64,000 bases of DNA, from contig CAWHBU010000001.1 of assembly GCA_963827685.1 (NCBI GenBank), forward strand, positions 363,680 to 427,679, written 5' to 3'. Position numbers and translations under genes: made by a program. This document shows, one piece after another, positions 10,848-21,417 of the stretch (position 1 is the stretch's first letter; the number at the start of each line of letters is the position of its first letter). This DNA comes from an uncultured delta proteobacterium (GTDB lineage Bacteria > Desulfobacterota > BSN033 > UBA1163). Below the pieces are notes generated by a model. That model was not told the DNA's origin, did no database searches, and worked only from the letters and a program-made list of their open reading frames with translations.

Positions 10848-10872
10848 GTTAAAATAGGGGAAGAAAATCTGC

Positions 10873-10900
10873 TTGACAACCTAAACGGTCTTGTTATTAT
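10873..10900 (+). promoter_or_regulatory. sigma70-type promoter (divergent from glgX)
   Basis: TTGACA-16 nt-TATTAT with an extended -10 TG. Confidence 0.6.
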
Positions 10901-11055
10901 GGCGGAAAGTTAGGTTTTTGGTTTAATCCCATGAGACGGGGAAGAATAGAAATTTATCAAAGGAGGAGGTGAATATTGAGTTGCATTACGCCAATAGTAG
11001 TCGTGCATAGCCGCCATTCATTTCTTGCTAAAAGTTTGTCGAAAAGGAGGAAAAC

Positions 11056-12861
11056 ATGAATCAATTTGGTTCGTCTACAGGGAAGGTGCATTGGGTCTTG
11101 GTTTTGGCCCTTTTGCTTATTTTAATCGGTGGTTTCATCGCGTATCGGACACAAACCGACAGGGGAAACATCGCCATCCGAGATGTCCGATTTATGGGGT
11201 CTAACAATACCATGATGAGCGCTTTACTCTATGTACCCAAGGGAGTAGACGCAAAAAATAAAGCCCCAGGTATTTTAGCCATCCACGGGTATATTAATTC
11301 CCGTGAGACGCAGGACGGCTTTGCCATTGAATTTGCTCGTCGAGGATATGTTGTCCTGGCCCTGGATCAAACAGGCCATGGCTATTCCGATCCCCCGGCT
11401 TTTGCCAATGGTTTTGGTGGCATAGATGGGCTGAAATATTTACGGTCATTGGATATGGTCGACCTTGACAACATAGGGATGGAAGGACACTCCATGGGGG
11501 GTTGGGCAATAGGCATTGCCGCGGCCGTGATGAAGGACGCTTATAAGTCTTGTGTTTTTGCCGACTCCTCTACTGGAACTTATGGCTGTCCGGATGGCAC
11601 CCCGACTTATCCCCGGAATATGGGCCTCATCTTCGCCAAATATGACGAGTTTTCAGCTTTAATGTGGTTATCCCCGGTTCCCAGTAATATTGTTAAATCC
11701 GACAAACTGAAAAAGGTTTTCGATACCCAGGAGGATGTGGTGGTTGGAAAGCTATACGGGTCCATTGAAGAAGGCACAGCCCGTAAGCTGTATCAACCTT
11801 CCATGACCCACGCCCGAGTTCATCTCTCAAAAGAGGGCATTGGAAATGCCGTTGAATGGTTTCAAATGACCTTGAAAGGGGGAAAAAACCTGCCCCCATC
11901 GAACCAGACCTGGTACTGGAAAGAGTTTTTTAACTTAGTGGCCATGGTCGGGATGGTCATCCTTCTTGTTGCGTTGGGAGGATACCTGCTTAAGACCAAT
12001 TACTTTAAAGGGCTCCAAGAGGAACCGGCCCCAAAAAAATCCATGACTGGAGGAGGATGGTGGATCGGTGCGCTGATCATGGTGCTCCTTCCGCTCCCGA
12101 TCTATGTGTTGGCCTGGGTCTGGCATTGGAGCAGCAAAGGAATAGCGAAAGAGTCCTTCCTATGGCCGGAGCAAATTACAACTGTCATCATGTTTTGGGC
12201 TTTTTACGTGGCCATCGTTTCACTGATTCTTTTCTTGGTCTGGTATTTCCTGACCAAAAAGAAATCAGGAGCCACCTCGGTCAATTTGGGATTGACCTGG
12301 AAGGACGAAGGCTTGAAATGGGGTAAAATCGGTAGATCATTCCTCCTGGCCTTTGTTATCGTCTTTATTGCCCATCTCACTCTGGCCATCTCGACCTGGT
12401 TGTTTCAGACGGACTACCGTTTTTGGGTCTTTGCCATCAAGCCGCTGGATGCTCTTCATTTCGGCATCACTCTGGGCTATATTATCCCCTTTCTCTTCTA
12501 TTTTATCATTCTAGGGATTGTGTTGCACGGACAGATGCGACCGGGAAAACCTGATGCGGCCATGGGTATGGGAAAAGAAACGATCATCAATATAGTTTTG
12601 TTGATCCTCGGATATTTTATTTTTCTGGCGTGGGACTATAGCTCGCTCTTTGCCGGTGGGACACTGCGGCTCGCTTCAATCCGCTCCGCCAGTCTATTTG
12701 GTATCGTTCTGTTCCAGTATATCCCCATATTTGCTATCGTAGGGTGGGTCACAACCTATTTCTATCGAAAAACAGGCCACATCTATGTGGGCGCCTTTCT
12801 CAATACTATGCTGATTACCTGGATCATCGTGGCAGGTCAGGCGATCCACTTCAAACTCTAA
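11056..12861 (+). CDS. Alpha/beta hydrolase with N-terminal anchor and C-terminal multi-pass membrane domain
   Basis: IHGYINSRE, DQTGHG.S, GHSMGG nucleophile elbow; about 8 TM segments in the C-terminal half. Confidence 0.85.
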   Translation: MNQFGSSTGKVHWVLVLALLLILIGGFIAYRTQTDRGNIAIRDVRFMGSNNTMMSALLYVPKGVDAKNKAPGILAIHGYINSRETQDGFAIEFARRGYVVLALDQTGHGYSDPPAFANGFGGIDGLKYLRSLDMVDLDNIGMEGHSMGGWAIGIAAAVMKDAYKSCVFADSSTGTYGCPDGTPTYPRNMGLIFAKYDEFSALMWLSPVPSNIVKSDKLKKVFDTQEDVVVGKLYGSIEEGTARKLYQPSMTHARVHLSKEGIGNAVEWFQMTLKGGKNLPPSNQTWYWKEFFNLVAMVGMVILLVALGGYLLKTNYFKGLQEEPAPKKSMTGGGWWIGALIMVLLPLPIYVLAWVWHWSSKGIAKESFLWPEQITTVIMFWAFYVAIVSLILFLVWYFLTKKKSGATSVNLGLTWKDEGLKWGKIGRSFLLAFVIVFIAHLTLAISTWLFQTDYRFWVFAIKPLDALHFGITLGYIIPFLFYFIILGIVLHGQMRPGKPDAAMGMGKETIINIVLLILGYFIFLAWDYSSLFAGGTLRLASIRSASLFGIVLFQYIPIFAIVGWVTTYFYRKTGHIYVGAFLNTMLITWIIVAGQAIHFKL

Positions 12862-12908
12862 AGATTTTCACCTGTTTTAACAACAGGTGACGATTTATCC
12901 GGAAACTG

Positions 12909-12956
12909 GACCTCCTGGGCTGCTTAATGCTACTCCAAGCAGCTCAGGAGGTCTTT
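12909..12956 (+). terminator. Rho-independent terminator-like hairpin
   Basis: gacctcctgggctgctt...aagcagctcaggaggtc followed by ttt. Confidence 0.65.
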
Positions 12957-13131
12957 AACGTGACAGGTAATACCTTAATGCAAGTGAGATAGTCGTTGGA
13001 CATGATGCCTTAGGGATATCCGGATTGTGTTCGAGACGGATACGATTTCTCGCTCACCCTTGACCGTGCCTCACATTCGGCCTTGATTTATTGGCAGAAC
13101 CAACTTTTGCTTTGGGGAGGAATCTATTTTT

Positions 13132-14637
13132 ATGGAAAAAGAATATATCATGGCCCTGGATCAGGGAACCACGAGTTCCCGAGCGGTGATTTTCGACCAC
13201 CAGGGGAAGATTATTAGTATAGCAGCCAAGGAGTTCAGGCAGATTTTTCCCCAGCCTGGATGGGTAGAACATGACCCTATGGAAATATGGGACACGCAAA
13301 TGGAAGCTGCCCAGCGGGCTCTTGATTCCGCCAACCTTTCGCCTCAACAAATCGCCGCCATCGGGGTCACCAACCAGCGGGAGACCACTTTAATCTGGGA
13401 CAGGGAGAGCGGCCGGCCAGTGTATAATGCCATTGTGTGGCAGTGCCGCAGGACCGCCCCGAATTGTTCCAGAATCAAAAAGACGAAATTCGCCCAAAAG
13501 ATTCGCAGGAAAACTGGATTGGTGATCGACGCCTATTTTTCAGCCACGAAGATCCAGTGGATTTTGGGCCATCAAAAAACGATCCGCCGAGCAGCGGAAA
13601 GAGGGGAGCTGGCCTTTGGCACAGTGGATAGTTGGTTGCTGTACAATCTGACAGGGAAGAAACTCCATATCACGGATTATTCTAACGCTTCCCGCACGAT
13701 GCTTTACAACATTCATAATCTTTCGTGGGATGAGGAGATCTTAGAATATTTGCATATTCCCGAACGAATCTTGCCGGCTGTCAAAGCTTCCAGTGAAATT
13801 TACGGAAGCACATCTCCCGGAGCCTTCTTAGGTATGGAGATCCCCGTCGCAGGAATCGTGGGAGATCAACAAGGAGCTCTTTTCGGCCAAACCTGCTTCC
13901 GCAAAGGCCTTTCCAAGAATACCTATGGAACAGGTTGCTTTTTGCTGATGAATATAGGGGGAAAGCCAGTGCTTTCCAGGAAAAACCTTCTGACGACAAT
14001 CGCCTGGGGGATCGGCCGGAAAATTGAATATGCTTTAGAGGGAAGCGTCTTTATCGGCGGGGCTGTAGTCCAATGGCTCCGGGACGGCCTGCGGATGATT
14101 CAGCAAGCTTCCGAAAGTGAAAGGCTGGCCAGTAGCATCCAATCCAATGATGGCGTCTATTTTGTCCCGGCCTTCGTCGGCTTGGGAGCACCCTACTGGG
14201 ATATGTATGCCCGGGGAGCCATTTTGGGAATTACCCGGGGAACGACGCCCGCTCATATTGCCCGGGCCGCCTTAGAGTCGATTGCCTATCAGACGAAGGA
14301 TGTACTGGAATGCATGGAGGAGGATTCCGGAATGAAGCTGAAGGAATTGCGGGTGGATGGAGGGGCGGCCGCCAATGAGTTTTTGATGCAATTTCAAGCC
14401 GACATTCTGGGGGTTCCGGTAGTCATCCAGGAGATAACTGAGACGACCGCCTTGGGAGCCGCCTACATGGCTGGTTTGGCCGTAGGGTTTTGGAAGGATC
14501 AACAGCAAATTGCCGCCAATTATACCGTAAAGAGGAAATTTGTTCCTCGGATGAGTTCCAAACAGAGAGAATCCCTTTACCGGAAGTGGAAGATGGCCGT
14601 TGAAAGGGCAAGGGCTTGGGAACAAGAGAAATCGTAG
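13132..14637 (+). CDS. glpK: Glycerol kinase
   Basis: [48 protein letters not shown]. Confidence 0.98.
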   Translation: MEKEYIMALDQGTTSSRAVIFDHQGKIISIAAKEFRQIFPQPGWVEHDPMEIWDTQMEAAQRALDSANLSPQQIAAIGVTNQRETTLIWDRESGRPVYNAIVWQCRRTAPNCSRIKKTKFAQKIRRKTGLVIDAYFSATKIQWILGHQKTIRRAAERGELAFGTVDSWLLYNLTGKKLHITDYSNASRTMLYNIHNLSWDEEILEYLHIPERILPAVKASSEIYGSTSPGAFLGMEIPVAGIVGDQQGALFGQTCFRKGLSKNTYGTGCFLLMNIGGKPVLSRKNLLTTIAWGIGRKIEYALEGSVFIGGAVVQWLRDGLRMIQQASESERLASSIQSNDGVYFVPAFVGLGAPYWDMYARGAILGITRGTTPAHIARAALESIAYQTKDVLECMEEDSGMKLKELRVDGGAAANEFLMQFQADILGVPVVIQEITETTALGAAYMAGLAVGFWKDQQQIAANYTVKRKFVPRMSSKQRESLYRKWKMAVERARAWEQEKS

Positions 14638-15015
14638 GGCGCGAAGGAACCGAGGGTTAAGATCGAATTTTTATTCGTAAATATTTATCGGTGTGTCACC
14701 CATAGAGAAGTTGGCCCTGTCAACTAAAAACGAGGATGATGAGGTGAGGAGACGGGGTTTTGGAGAAATAGAATCTTCGTTGGAAAAGGATTTAATTTTA
14801 ATACAGGGCACATCCTATTTTCAGATTTTAGCCTGCTGTTGATACCACCTGAAGGTTAAACTATTTCCAATTTGGATTTTCCCCTTTTAAATTTGTTTGA
14901 CAGGATGACTATTTTGCGTATTATGGTAATATCGTGATGGTCTTCCGATAATCATCATGATGATAGTAAAATACTCCAAGATCGATCTACGCTACCAGGA
15001 GAGGAGGAATGCCCA

Positions 15016-15390
15016 ATGAAACGATATACTGCAAAATTTCTGTTCGGCATGGTTTTGGTCTTAACGATTGTTCTGAGTGGTTTTTCCATTTCTTCCGCCA
15101 TAGATACGACTGCCGAAAAGATTGTTACCAATAAAGATTCCTATGACGGGAAGGAGGTCTCGGTTTCGGGTACTGTTTCGAATCTAAAATTCAAAACAGC
15201 AAACGTTAAAGACGACTATACGACATTTATACTCGTTGGTGAATCTGGGGGTCGTATCAATGTCTTTATCTGGGGAAGCCCGAAACTCCAGCCAGGGCAA
15301 AAGGTCCAAGTAACGGGCCGTTATCAAAAGGTCAGGAGATGGGCCCAGCGCAATTATTACAACGAAATAGAGGCATCGGAAGTCAAATGA
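15016..15390 (+). CDS. Exported OB-fold protein
   Basis: Signal peptide; YDGKEVSVSGTV...GQKVQVTG...EIEA OB-fold pattern; SD GAGGAGG. Confidence 0.7.
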   Translation: MKRYTAKFLFGMVLVLTIVLSGFSISSAIDTTAEKIVTNKDSYDGKEVSVSGTVSNLKFKTANVKDDYTTFILVGESGGRINVFIWGSPKLQPGQKVQVTGRYQKVRRWAQRNYYNEIEASEVK

Positions 15391-15468
15391 ATGTGAAGTG
15401 GATAGAAATTTGCAGGTTATATTGAAAAGTAATCTGAGATGCGGCAGGTCGATGCGTGAATTAGGCGG

Positions 15469-15684
15469 TTGGAACTTCTGAAGCTTCTTCAAGAGATGGC
15501 CGCTCTGGGACATGCCCAATTCATCATTGCCACCCACTCTCCAATTCTTTTGGCTTGCCCTGGATCTGTGATTTGCAGTTTTAATCGTAGCCCATTGAAA
15601 ACAATTCAATATGAGGATACAGAACATTAAAGAATTTATAAAAACTTTATGGTAAACCCCGGCAAGTACTTTCAAGGGGAATGA
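15469..15684 (+). pseudogene. C-terminal remnant of an ABC/AAA-type ATPase
   Basis: LELLKLLQEMAALGHAQFIIATHSPILLACPGS...YEDTEH*RIYKNFMVNP; internal TAA at 15628; no N-terminal part. Confidence 0.75.
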
Positions 15685-15902
15685 TCGAGGTAAAACTTTA
15701 GATACAAATAAAAGAGGGCAGCAGACCCTCTGCCTTTCATTTTTCATCCAAACAATCCGGCTCCGTTCGAGAAAAGCCCTCAGAAGAGAGACGGGAATTC
15801 AACACCGCACTTCTTTAGTGATCTGCTTGCTCATGGTGAAATCGGTCTATTATAATTAGCAATAAATGAGTTTAAAGAATAGATCCCCTATGGAAATAGA
15901 CC

Positions 15903-16866
15903 ATGAATGAAGTGGCTCAGTTTCTGATTGAGCGGGGGTATATCGTCCTCTTCTCGTGGGTACTTTTTGGACAACTCGGTATCCCGATTCCCGTTGTTCC
16001 AATATTGCTCGCAGCGGGTGCATTGGCCGGTATCGGAAAACTAAATTTTGCACTTGTTTTCAGTTCAGCCTTTCTGGCAGCGTTGTTAAGCGATCAAGTC
16101 TGGTACCAGATCGGCCTCCGCCGTGGAAGTAAAGTTTTATCTTTCCTGTGCCGCATCTCCTTGGACCCCGATTCCTGTGTTCGACGTACAAAAAGGATTT
16201 TTGCTCGCTATGGTGCTCGTTCACTCCTGGTCGCCAAGTTCTTTCCGGGAATGGCTACGCTTGCATCCCCTCTTGCAGGAATCTCCCGCATGCGTCTTCT
16301 TCACTTTCTTTGATGGTCTTGGAGCCTTTATCTGGGTGGGTATCTTCACCTTAGTCGGTTATCAGTTTGGCCACGAGATCGAAGAGCATGTCGTCGACAT
16401 CCGTGGTGTGGGTCCTTGGATAGGGTTCGTCGTTCCGATAGGCTTAGGGGCTTATATCTTCTGGAAATATATGCAGCGCCAACGGTTTCTCCATCAGTTA
16501 ACCATTGCGCGAATCACTCCTGAAGAAGTGAAACGGAAACTTGATGTCGGTGAAGACATTTTAATTCTGGATCTGCGTGATGCCTTCGAATGTGAGATGG
16601 ATCCTCGCACCATTCCCGGTGCCTTTCATCTCTCCGTTGAAGAGCTGGAGGAGCAACATCAGAAGATCCCCAGGGGCCGTGAGATCGTCTTGTTTTGCAC
16701 CTGACCCAATGAGGCTTCAAGCGCCAGGGCGGCGCTGTTATTAAAGCAGCGGGGGATCAAACAAGTCCGCCCCCTTGCCGGAGGTCTTGGCGCCTGGGTC
16801 GAAAAAGACTTTCCTGTTGAGTTCCTAAACCTTCGGCCGTCGCCAGCGATCCTTCCACCCGAGTGA
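15903..16866 (+). CDS. DedA/VTT-rhodanese fusion, candidate selenoprotein; frameshift near 16310
   Basis: DedA motifs (GIPIP, SDQVWY.IG, LLVAKFFPG) continue in a second frame (FDGLGAFIW). Rhodanese LDLR...IPGA...IVLFCT[TGA 16702]PNEASSARAA...LAGGLGAW ends at TGA 16864. Confidence 0.8.
16705..16740 (+). promoter_or_regulatory. Putative bacterial SECIS hairpin
   Basis: AGCGCC-AGGGC-GGCGCT stem-loop (16720-16736); loop starts about 21 nt 3' of the in-frame TGA, with G at the second loop position. Confidence 0.55.
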
Positions 16867-17058
16867 TTTCAAGAAACAGGATCGCCAAGATTAAATTTAT
16901 TCTCCTTCCATATATTCTGGCTGAATCACTTCGATGCGACAAAGACTTCATGGAGGTATAAAAATAGTGACACTGTTTTATCTTTTTCATTACAACTCGG
17001 AGGTTGAAATCTAAGAAGAGACAATGATATTCTAATAGAGTTCGAACTTTTCAAAGAT

Positions 17059-17415
17059 ATGTTAGGGAGACCCGAGATGGTAACTAAAAACTTTCCCAAA
17101 GAGGTTAAGAAATTTGAAATAGAGACCTATGAAAGGCCGAAAAACTTGAAAGAGTTACGGAAAACTCATGCTCCCTTTACCGGTTCACCCCTCAAACATC
17201 CCAATGATCCTAAGAAGATCATCTTAGTGCCAAATCCTTATGGCAGCAGTCCCTTCTATTATGAGTTCAAAAGCGATGATGTCACCTATGCGGAGCAACT
17301 TCCGAGTATTGTGAACTTAGAGGGCGAAACCGTTACCATGGTCAGATTTTGGGTGAAAAAAATGAGTGTGGGAATCCTCTGCACCCCTTTTTTAGTGGAA
17401 GAGATTAAAACTTAG
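17059..17415 (+). CDS. Conserved hypothetical protein
   Basis: Clean ORF (FTGSPLKHP.DP.KIIL...YYEF); alternative start ATG 17077. Confidence 0.65.
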   Translation: MLGRPEMVTKNFPKEVKKFEIETYERPKNLKELRKTHAPFTGSPLKHPNDPKKIILVPNPYGSSPFYYEFKSDDVTYAEQLPSIVNLEGETVTMVRFWVKKMSVGILCTPFLVEEIKT

Positions 17416-17416
17416 A

Positions 17417-17554
17417 GTGAAGCTCCCCGGCCACAGGCCGGGGCTTCCCGGGCACGCAGTGGCGAGAGGGATACGAGCAAAGGGAATATCGTTTTAATCG
17501 TGCCCCTTGACCCCGCCTATCCCGCGATAGGCGGGACGGGGCGCTTGCCGGCCA
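17417..17554. repeat. Multi-hairpin palindromic element resembling IS200/IS605 ends or a REP-like MITE
   Basis: gaagctccccggccacaggccggggcttc and gaccccgcctatcccgcgataggcgggacgggg hairpins in a short non-coding insert. Confidence 0.55.
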
Positions 17555-17625
17555 AAGAAGGCCTGAGATAAAGAATCGAAAGATCAAAGAGAAGAAAGGC
17601 AGATGATCAGGGAGGAGGTTTGTTT

Positions 17626-18699
17626 ATGGTGGATTCGACTTTAGAACTGTTCCGGGAACTGACTGAAGCGCCTGGCATTTCCGGCTATGAGCAAGAGGTC
17701 CGTGAGATCATTCGGAGACATCTTCAAGACATCACGACAATAGAACAGGACCGGTTGGGCAGTATTGTATGCCGAAAGAATGGCAAAGCAGAAAAGCCAA
17801 GGGTCATGCTGGCAGGACACATGGACGAGATTGGATTTATCGTCAAACTTGTGACCGATGAGGGCTTCATCAAATTCAGTCCCCTCGGAGGATGGTGGGG
17901 ACATGTGATGCTGGCCCAGCGCGTAGTGATCAAAACCCGCAAGGGCGATGTGATCGGGCTCATCGGTTCGAAACCTCCCCATATCTTGTCAGAAGAGGAA
18001 CGAAAGAAGCTTCAAGAACCAAAGGACATGTACATCGATGTGGGCGCCACCTCTTCGGCTGAGGTCAAGGAACTCGGCATCCGTCCAGGTGATCCTATCA
18101 TTCCAATCTGTCCCTTCACTGTCTTAGGTACTGGCAAGACTTACCTGGCCAAGGCACTGGACGATCGAGTCGGGTGTGCCCTCTTCATTGAGGTGATTAA
18201 GGGCCTCGGCCGGGAAAAACATCCGAATACAGTGTATGGTGTTGGCACTGTCCAGGAAGAGGTAGGCCTTCGTGGAGCACGAACAAGCTCCTGGGTGGTT
18301 GAGCCGGATGTGGGGCTGACGATGGAGGTTGGTGTTGCGGGAGATGTTCCAGATGTTAAGAAAGACGATGCCCAGGGAAGGCTTGGAAAGGGTCCAGTGA
18401 TCGTGATCCGGGATGGTAGCATGGTCCCAAACCTAAGGCTTCGGGATCTCTTCGTCAATACGGCAGAGAAATTGAAAATTCCTTATCAATTCGATATGTT
18501 GGAACGCGGTGGGACAGACTCCGGAGCAATTCATCTTCATCGTCGTGGAGTACCCAACCTTGTCGTTGCTGTTCCTACCCGGCACATTCACAGTCATGCA
18601 GGGATCATCTACCGGGATGACTTTGACCATGCGGTGAAGCTTGTCACCGCTGTGATCAAAAAGCTTGATGCGGACACAGTAGCGAGCCTGACCGAATAA
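17626..18699 (+). CDS. M42 family aminopeptidase
   Basis: GHMDEIG, KALDDRVG, VQEEVGLRGA, GGTDSG, RHIHSH; SD GGAGGAGG. Start is TTG 17620 or ATG 17626. Confidence 0.95.
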   Translation: MVDSTLELFRELTEAPGISGYEQEVREIIRRHLQDITTIEQDRLGSIVCRKNGKAEKPRVMLAGHMDEIGFIVKLVTDEGFIKFSPLGGWWGHVMLAQRVVIKTRKGDVIGLIGSKPPHILSEEERKKLQEPKDMYIDVGATSSAEVKELGIRPGDPIIPICPFTVLGTGKTYLAKALDDRVGCALFIEVIKGLGREKHPNTVYGVGTVQEEVGLRGARTSSWVVEPDVGLTMEVGVAGDVPDVKKDDAQGRLGKGPVIVIRDGSMVPNLRLRDLFVNTAEKLKIPYQFDMLERGGTDSGAIHLHRRGVPNLVVAVPTRHIHSHAGIIYRDDFDHAVKLVTAVIKKLDADTVASLTE

Positions 18700-18843
18700 A
18701 GAAGGAGGATTGAATAATTTTCCCAATCGATACGTCTAAAATAATATCTTAGAAATGAATGGTGAGGTTCCTCTGATATGAGTTGTAGAAGAAAGAGGAA
18801 AAATGTGGCAAAATTAGATAGAGAGTTAAGAAGGTGGATTGAG

Positions 18844-19137
18844 ATGAAAAAATTTATAATGATCAGTGTACTTTTGCTGACAATTTTTCTGTCAAGCGGA
18901 TCGGCCTTAGCTTGGCATCGTGGCCAGTTCGGGATCTTTATTACTCCACCACCCGTATGGGTGAGTCCCCCTGGTTTTTATTACCGAGGGTACTATCCCC
19001 CACCCAGTTACTACGGGCCAGATTACTATTACAATGAGCCTTACAGAGTCTGGGTTCCGGGCCACTGGGAAGAGAGGCGGACTCCCTATGGTCGGGAAAG
19101 GACCTGGATTCCAGGTTACTGGGAATATCGGCGATAA
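18844..19137 (+). CDS. Small secreted Pro/Tyr-rich WxxGxW-repeat protein
   Basis: Signal peptide MKKFIM...ALA; VWVPGHW and TWIPGYW repeats. Confidence 0.75.
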   Translation: MKKFIMISVLLLTIFLSSGSALAWHRGQFGIFITPPPVWVSPPGFYYRGYYPPPSYYGPDYYYNEPYRVWVPGHWEERRTPYGRERTWIPGYWEYRR

Positions 19138-19178
19138 ATGAACGGGATTGAGGTTAAGTCCTCAATCCCGTTCATTTA
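19135..19178. terminator. Perfect 19-bp-stem hairpin between convergent genes
   Basis: taaatgaacgggattgagg-ttaagt-cctcaatcccgttcattta. Confidence 0.75.
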
Positions 19179-19259
19179 CTAAAGTTACATCGTTGCGTTT
19201 GTTCTATCGCCTTCCTTCAAGTTACGCCTAAGGTTGAGCAGGGTTTCAACGTATTTAAC

Positions 19260-19701
19260 TCAATCCCATTTTTTTACTTTTTCCGAAATCATCTGGGTGA
19301 GTTTTTTCTTCTGCGTATCGTTCAGATTGCTTTGGAAGCCGAGCAGCAAATCAAAGGCTTTATTAAAGCGTTGAGTCTCATCCCGAAGCATTCCCTGGAG
19401 GAGAGAGGTCATCTTTTGGATGTCGGGATTTTCTTTCGCTGCTTCCTCCTTGATTTTTACCAAGGCTTCCTTTTTTTCTTTTGAGCCCCTCCTGGAAGTT
19501 CTTCCGGATTTCGGCCTTTAAACCTTCCAACTTCATCTTTTGATCCTCATTAAGATCGAGCTTCCCTGCGGTCTTATCTACCTTCTTAATGAAGATCTTT
19601 TCAGCCTTTGACATCGTATCGATTCGGGGTTTGCACCCGACAACTAATCCCCCCCAAAAAAACGCCGCCATGAAATAAATGAAATACCGATTTAATTTCA
19701 T
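19260..19701 (-). CDS. Spy/CpxP-like helical lipoprotein; frameshift in an A-run near 19480
   Basis: Lipobox VVGC, LDLNEDQK and LNDTQKKKL motifs split across two frames. Confidence 0.65.
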
Positions 19702-19787
19702 CTTTTTTCTCCTTTCTCTCTATGAAAAATGGATTTGGTTATTCCCTCACGCTTTCAACTTAAGTCTAATAACTGAAGTCGGGAAAA

Positions 19788-19950
19788 GTCAACCCTACGA
19801 CTCCCTTTTCTAAAGGACAGGGCCTTCAGCTGAGCTTTCGACCCGGGCCCAGGTTGAGGGCTCATGCCGAAACCCTGGGCTTGTCCACCATGCGATGGCC
19901 CGAGCCAGGCCGGTTCAGCGCAATGTAAGCCTTGGGTGCTGTTGGGGCAG
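19788..19950. mobile_element. Possible IS200/IS605-type end remnant with a nested REP-like insert
   Basis: GTCAAC...ctaaaggacagggc...ggcttg pattern interrupted by a cttcagctgagc...gctcatgccgaa palindrome; no ORF. Confidence 0.35.
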
Positions 19951-19986
19951 TAATATGAATTTGTTAGTTTATGCGGGCTTAAGGGC

Positions 19987-20523
19987 TTAAGGATGAAGGA
20001 TGGAGAAACTACGGAGCTTGCTTTCGCAACTGGGACAAAACCCCGAACCCTTGCCGTCTGTGTCCGCTAAGCTGTTTGAAAAAAACATCACGCATCGGGG
20101 GTTTCCACAATGTCCTAATCCATAAGTATGTCCTAATTCATGAACCGCTTCGGTAAAGACCCTCTGGTGAAAAAGGTCTTGATCTTCAGGCAAATGGTAA
20201 AACGTTTGCCTCAGACGGGTGATGGAAATAACCGCGGCTTTTGAGCTTGCTTGGCCAAAGACAAAATTTAATTCGGGAACAAATAAGTCGTGGTCCACGA
20301 TACCTAAGATTTTTTCGTAAGGGGCGTACTCTTTTTGCTCCATGACGGCCTTTAGTATCACTGTCGAAAGATACTGTTTTCTTTTATGATTATAAGCATG
20401 AGCCGGTTCGGGCATTCCTCTCCCTGTGACTACCTGCCTGTTAAATACTTTGGTTAAATCATTCTTCAGCCAATTCAAGACATTTCTGTCTATCTCGCCA
20501 ACCGGCACCAGGATGATCTCCAT
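19987..20523 (-). CDS. Archaemetzincin-family Zn metalloprotease
   Basis: LNFVFGQA, HELGHTYGLGHC....CVMFFS, FC..C. Confidence 0.93.
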   Translation of the reverse strand: MEIILVPVGEIDRNVLNWLKNDLTKVFNRQVVTGRGMPEPAHAYNHKRKQYLSTVILKAVMEQKEYAPYEKILGIVDHDLFVPELNFVFGQASSKAAVISITRLRQTFYHLPEDQDLFHQRVFTEAVHELGHTYGLGHCGNPRCVMFFSNSLADTDGKGSGFCPSCESKLRSFSILHP

Positions 20524-20614
20524 TTCTCGATTCCCTTCCTTTGCAAAGGCTCGGTGTTGAAAAGGAGACTAAGAGAAAGGATTAAGACTGGCAACATCAT
20601 CTCGAATGACACCC

Positions 20615-20866
20615 TCACTCATTCTTGATGTGAAACCATTCCACGGATTTCTCATCATAATATATTATATAAAGATTCCCATCACTTCCTTTAACCTGAT
20701 AGAACCTTCTTATTTTCCTGTCGTTAGATCTTTCTCCAACCCATTGCTTCAAAATTTCAATTACCTCAATTCTTTTCCAGCGAAAAAGGATCGTCCTCGG
20801 AGTTTCCTCACCCCGATAGCCCGAATAAGCGATGACCTCAATTCTTTCTTCAGATACTTCCATCAA
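20615..20866 (-). CDS. Small hypothetical protein
   Basis: YSGYRGEETP...W motif; overlaps the stop of the NTPase gene, consistent with an operon. Confidence 0.65.
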   Translation of the reverse strand: MMEVSEERIEVIAYSGYRGEETPRTILFRWKRIEVIEILKQWVGERSNDRKIRRFYQVKGSDGNLYIIYYDEKSVEWFHIKNE

Positions 20867-21402
20867 CTTTCGATTTCCACTTCTTTCAAGATTTTTGAAA
20901 ATAAAGAGTCCCTATTCTTTTGGGTTATCCCAAAAAACCTAATATCCTGTCTTTTCCTTATCTTTTCGATCAGTCCGCTCCCCTTCAAGGCGATAGTGGC
21001 TATCACCCATTTTTCAGAATCCAGAATTTCTTCTAAGAGTTTTTTGAATTGGTCAGAGAAACATTCCATCTTCCCGATCTCATCAATGATAATGAGACGG
21101 GTTAGGAGGTCGAAAAATGAAATCAAGTCAAGAAAATCCTCAAATCCTTTGATGTCCACCTTGTATTGACCGACCCTGTAAGGGCTTCTGATCCCCTTAT
21201 GAGAAAGGAGTCCTCTCTTTCCTTCAAGACTGATCAGCTCAAATCCTCTTCTCTCACCCCCTTCTCTTATCTCTTCCGTATAAAAACCAACCGGATGAAG
21301 ACTCTTCAGCCCTTCTGAAAGTTTTTTTATCAGAGTCGTCTTGCCTACACCGGGGAGTCCTGTGATGAGGAGATTCTTTTTTACTAAACCCAATGGGATC
21401 AA
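20863..21402 (-). CDS. THEP1-type nucleoside-triphosphatase
   Basis: LLITGLPGVGKTT, GFYTEEIR, RVGQY, IIIDEIGKME. Confidence 0.93.
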   Translation of the reverse strand: MIPLGLVKKNLLITGLPGVGKTTLIKKLSEGLKSLHPVGFYTEEIREGGERRGFELISLEGKRGLLSHKGIRSPYRVGQYKVDIKGFEDFLDLISFFDLLTRLIIIDEIGKMECFSDQFKKLLEEILDSEKWVIATIALKGSGLIEKIRKRQDIRFFGITQKNRDSLFSKILKEVEIES

Positions 21403-21417
21403 CCTTTCCCTTATTTA

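Noticed and set aside
17059-17415. Inorganic pyrophosphatase label
   Set aside because: No DxDxxD family I motif or DHH motif; left as hypothetical.
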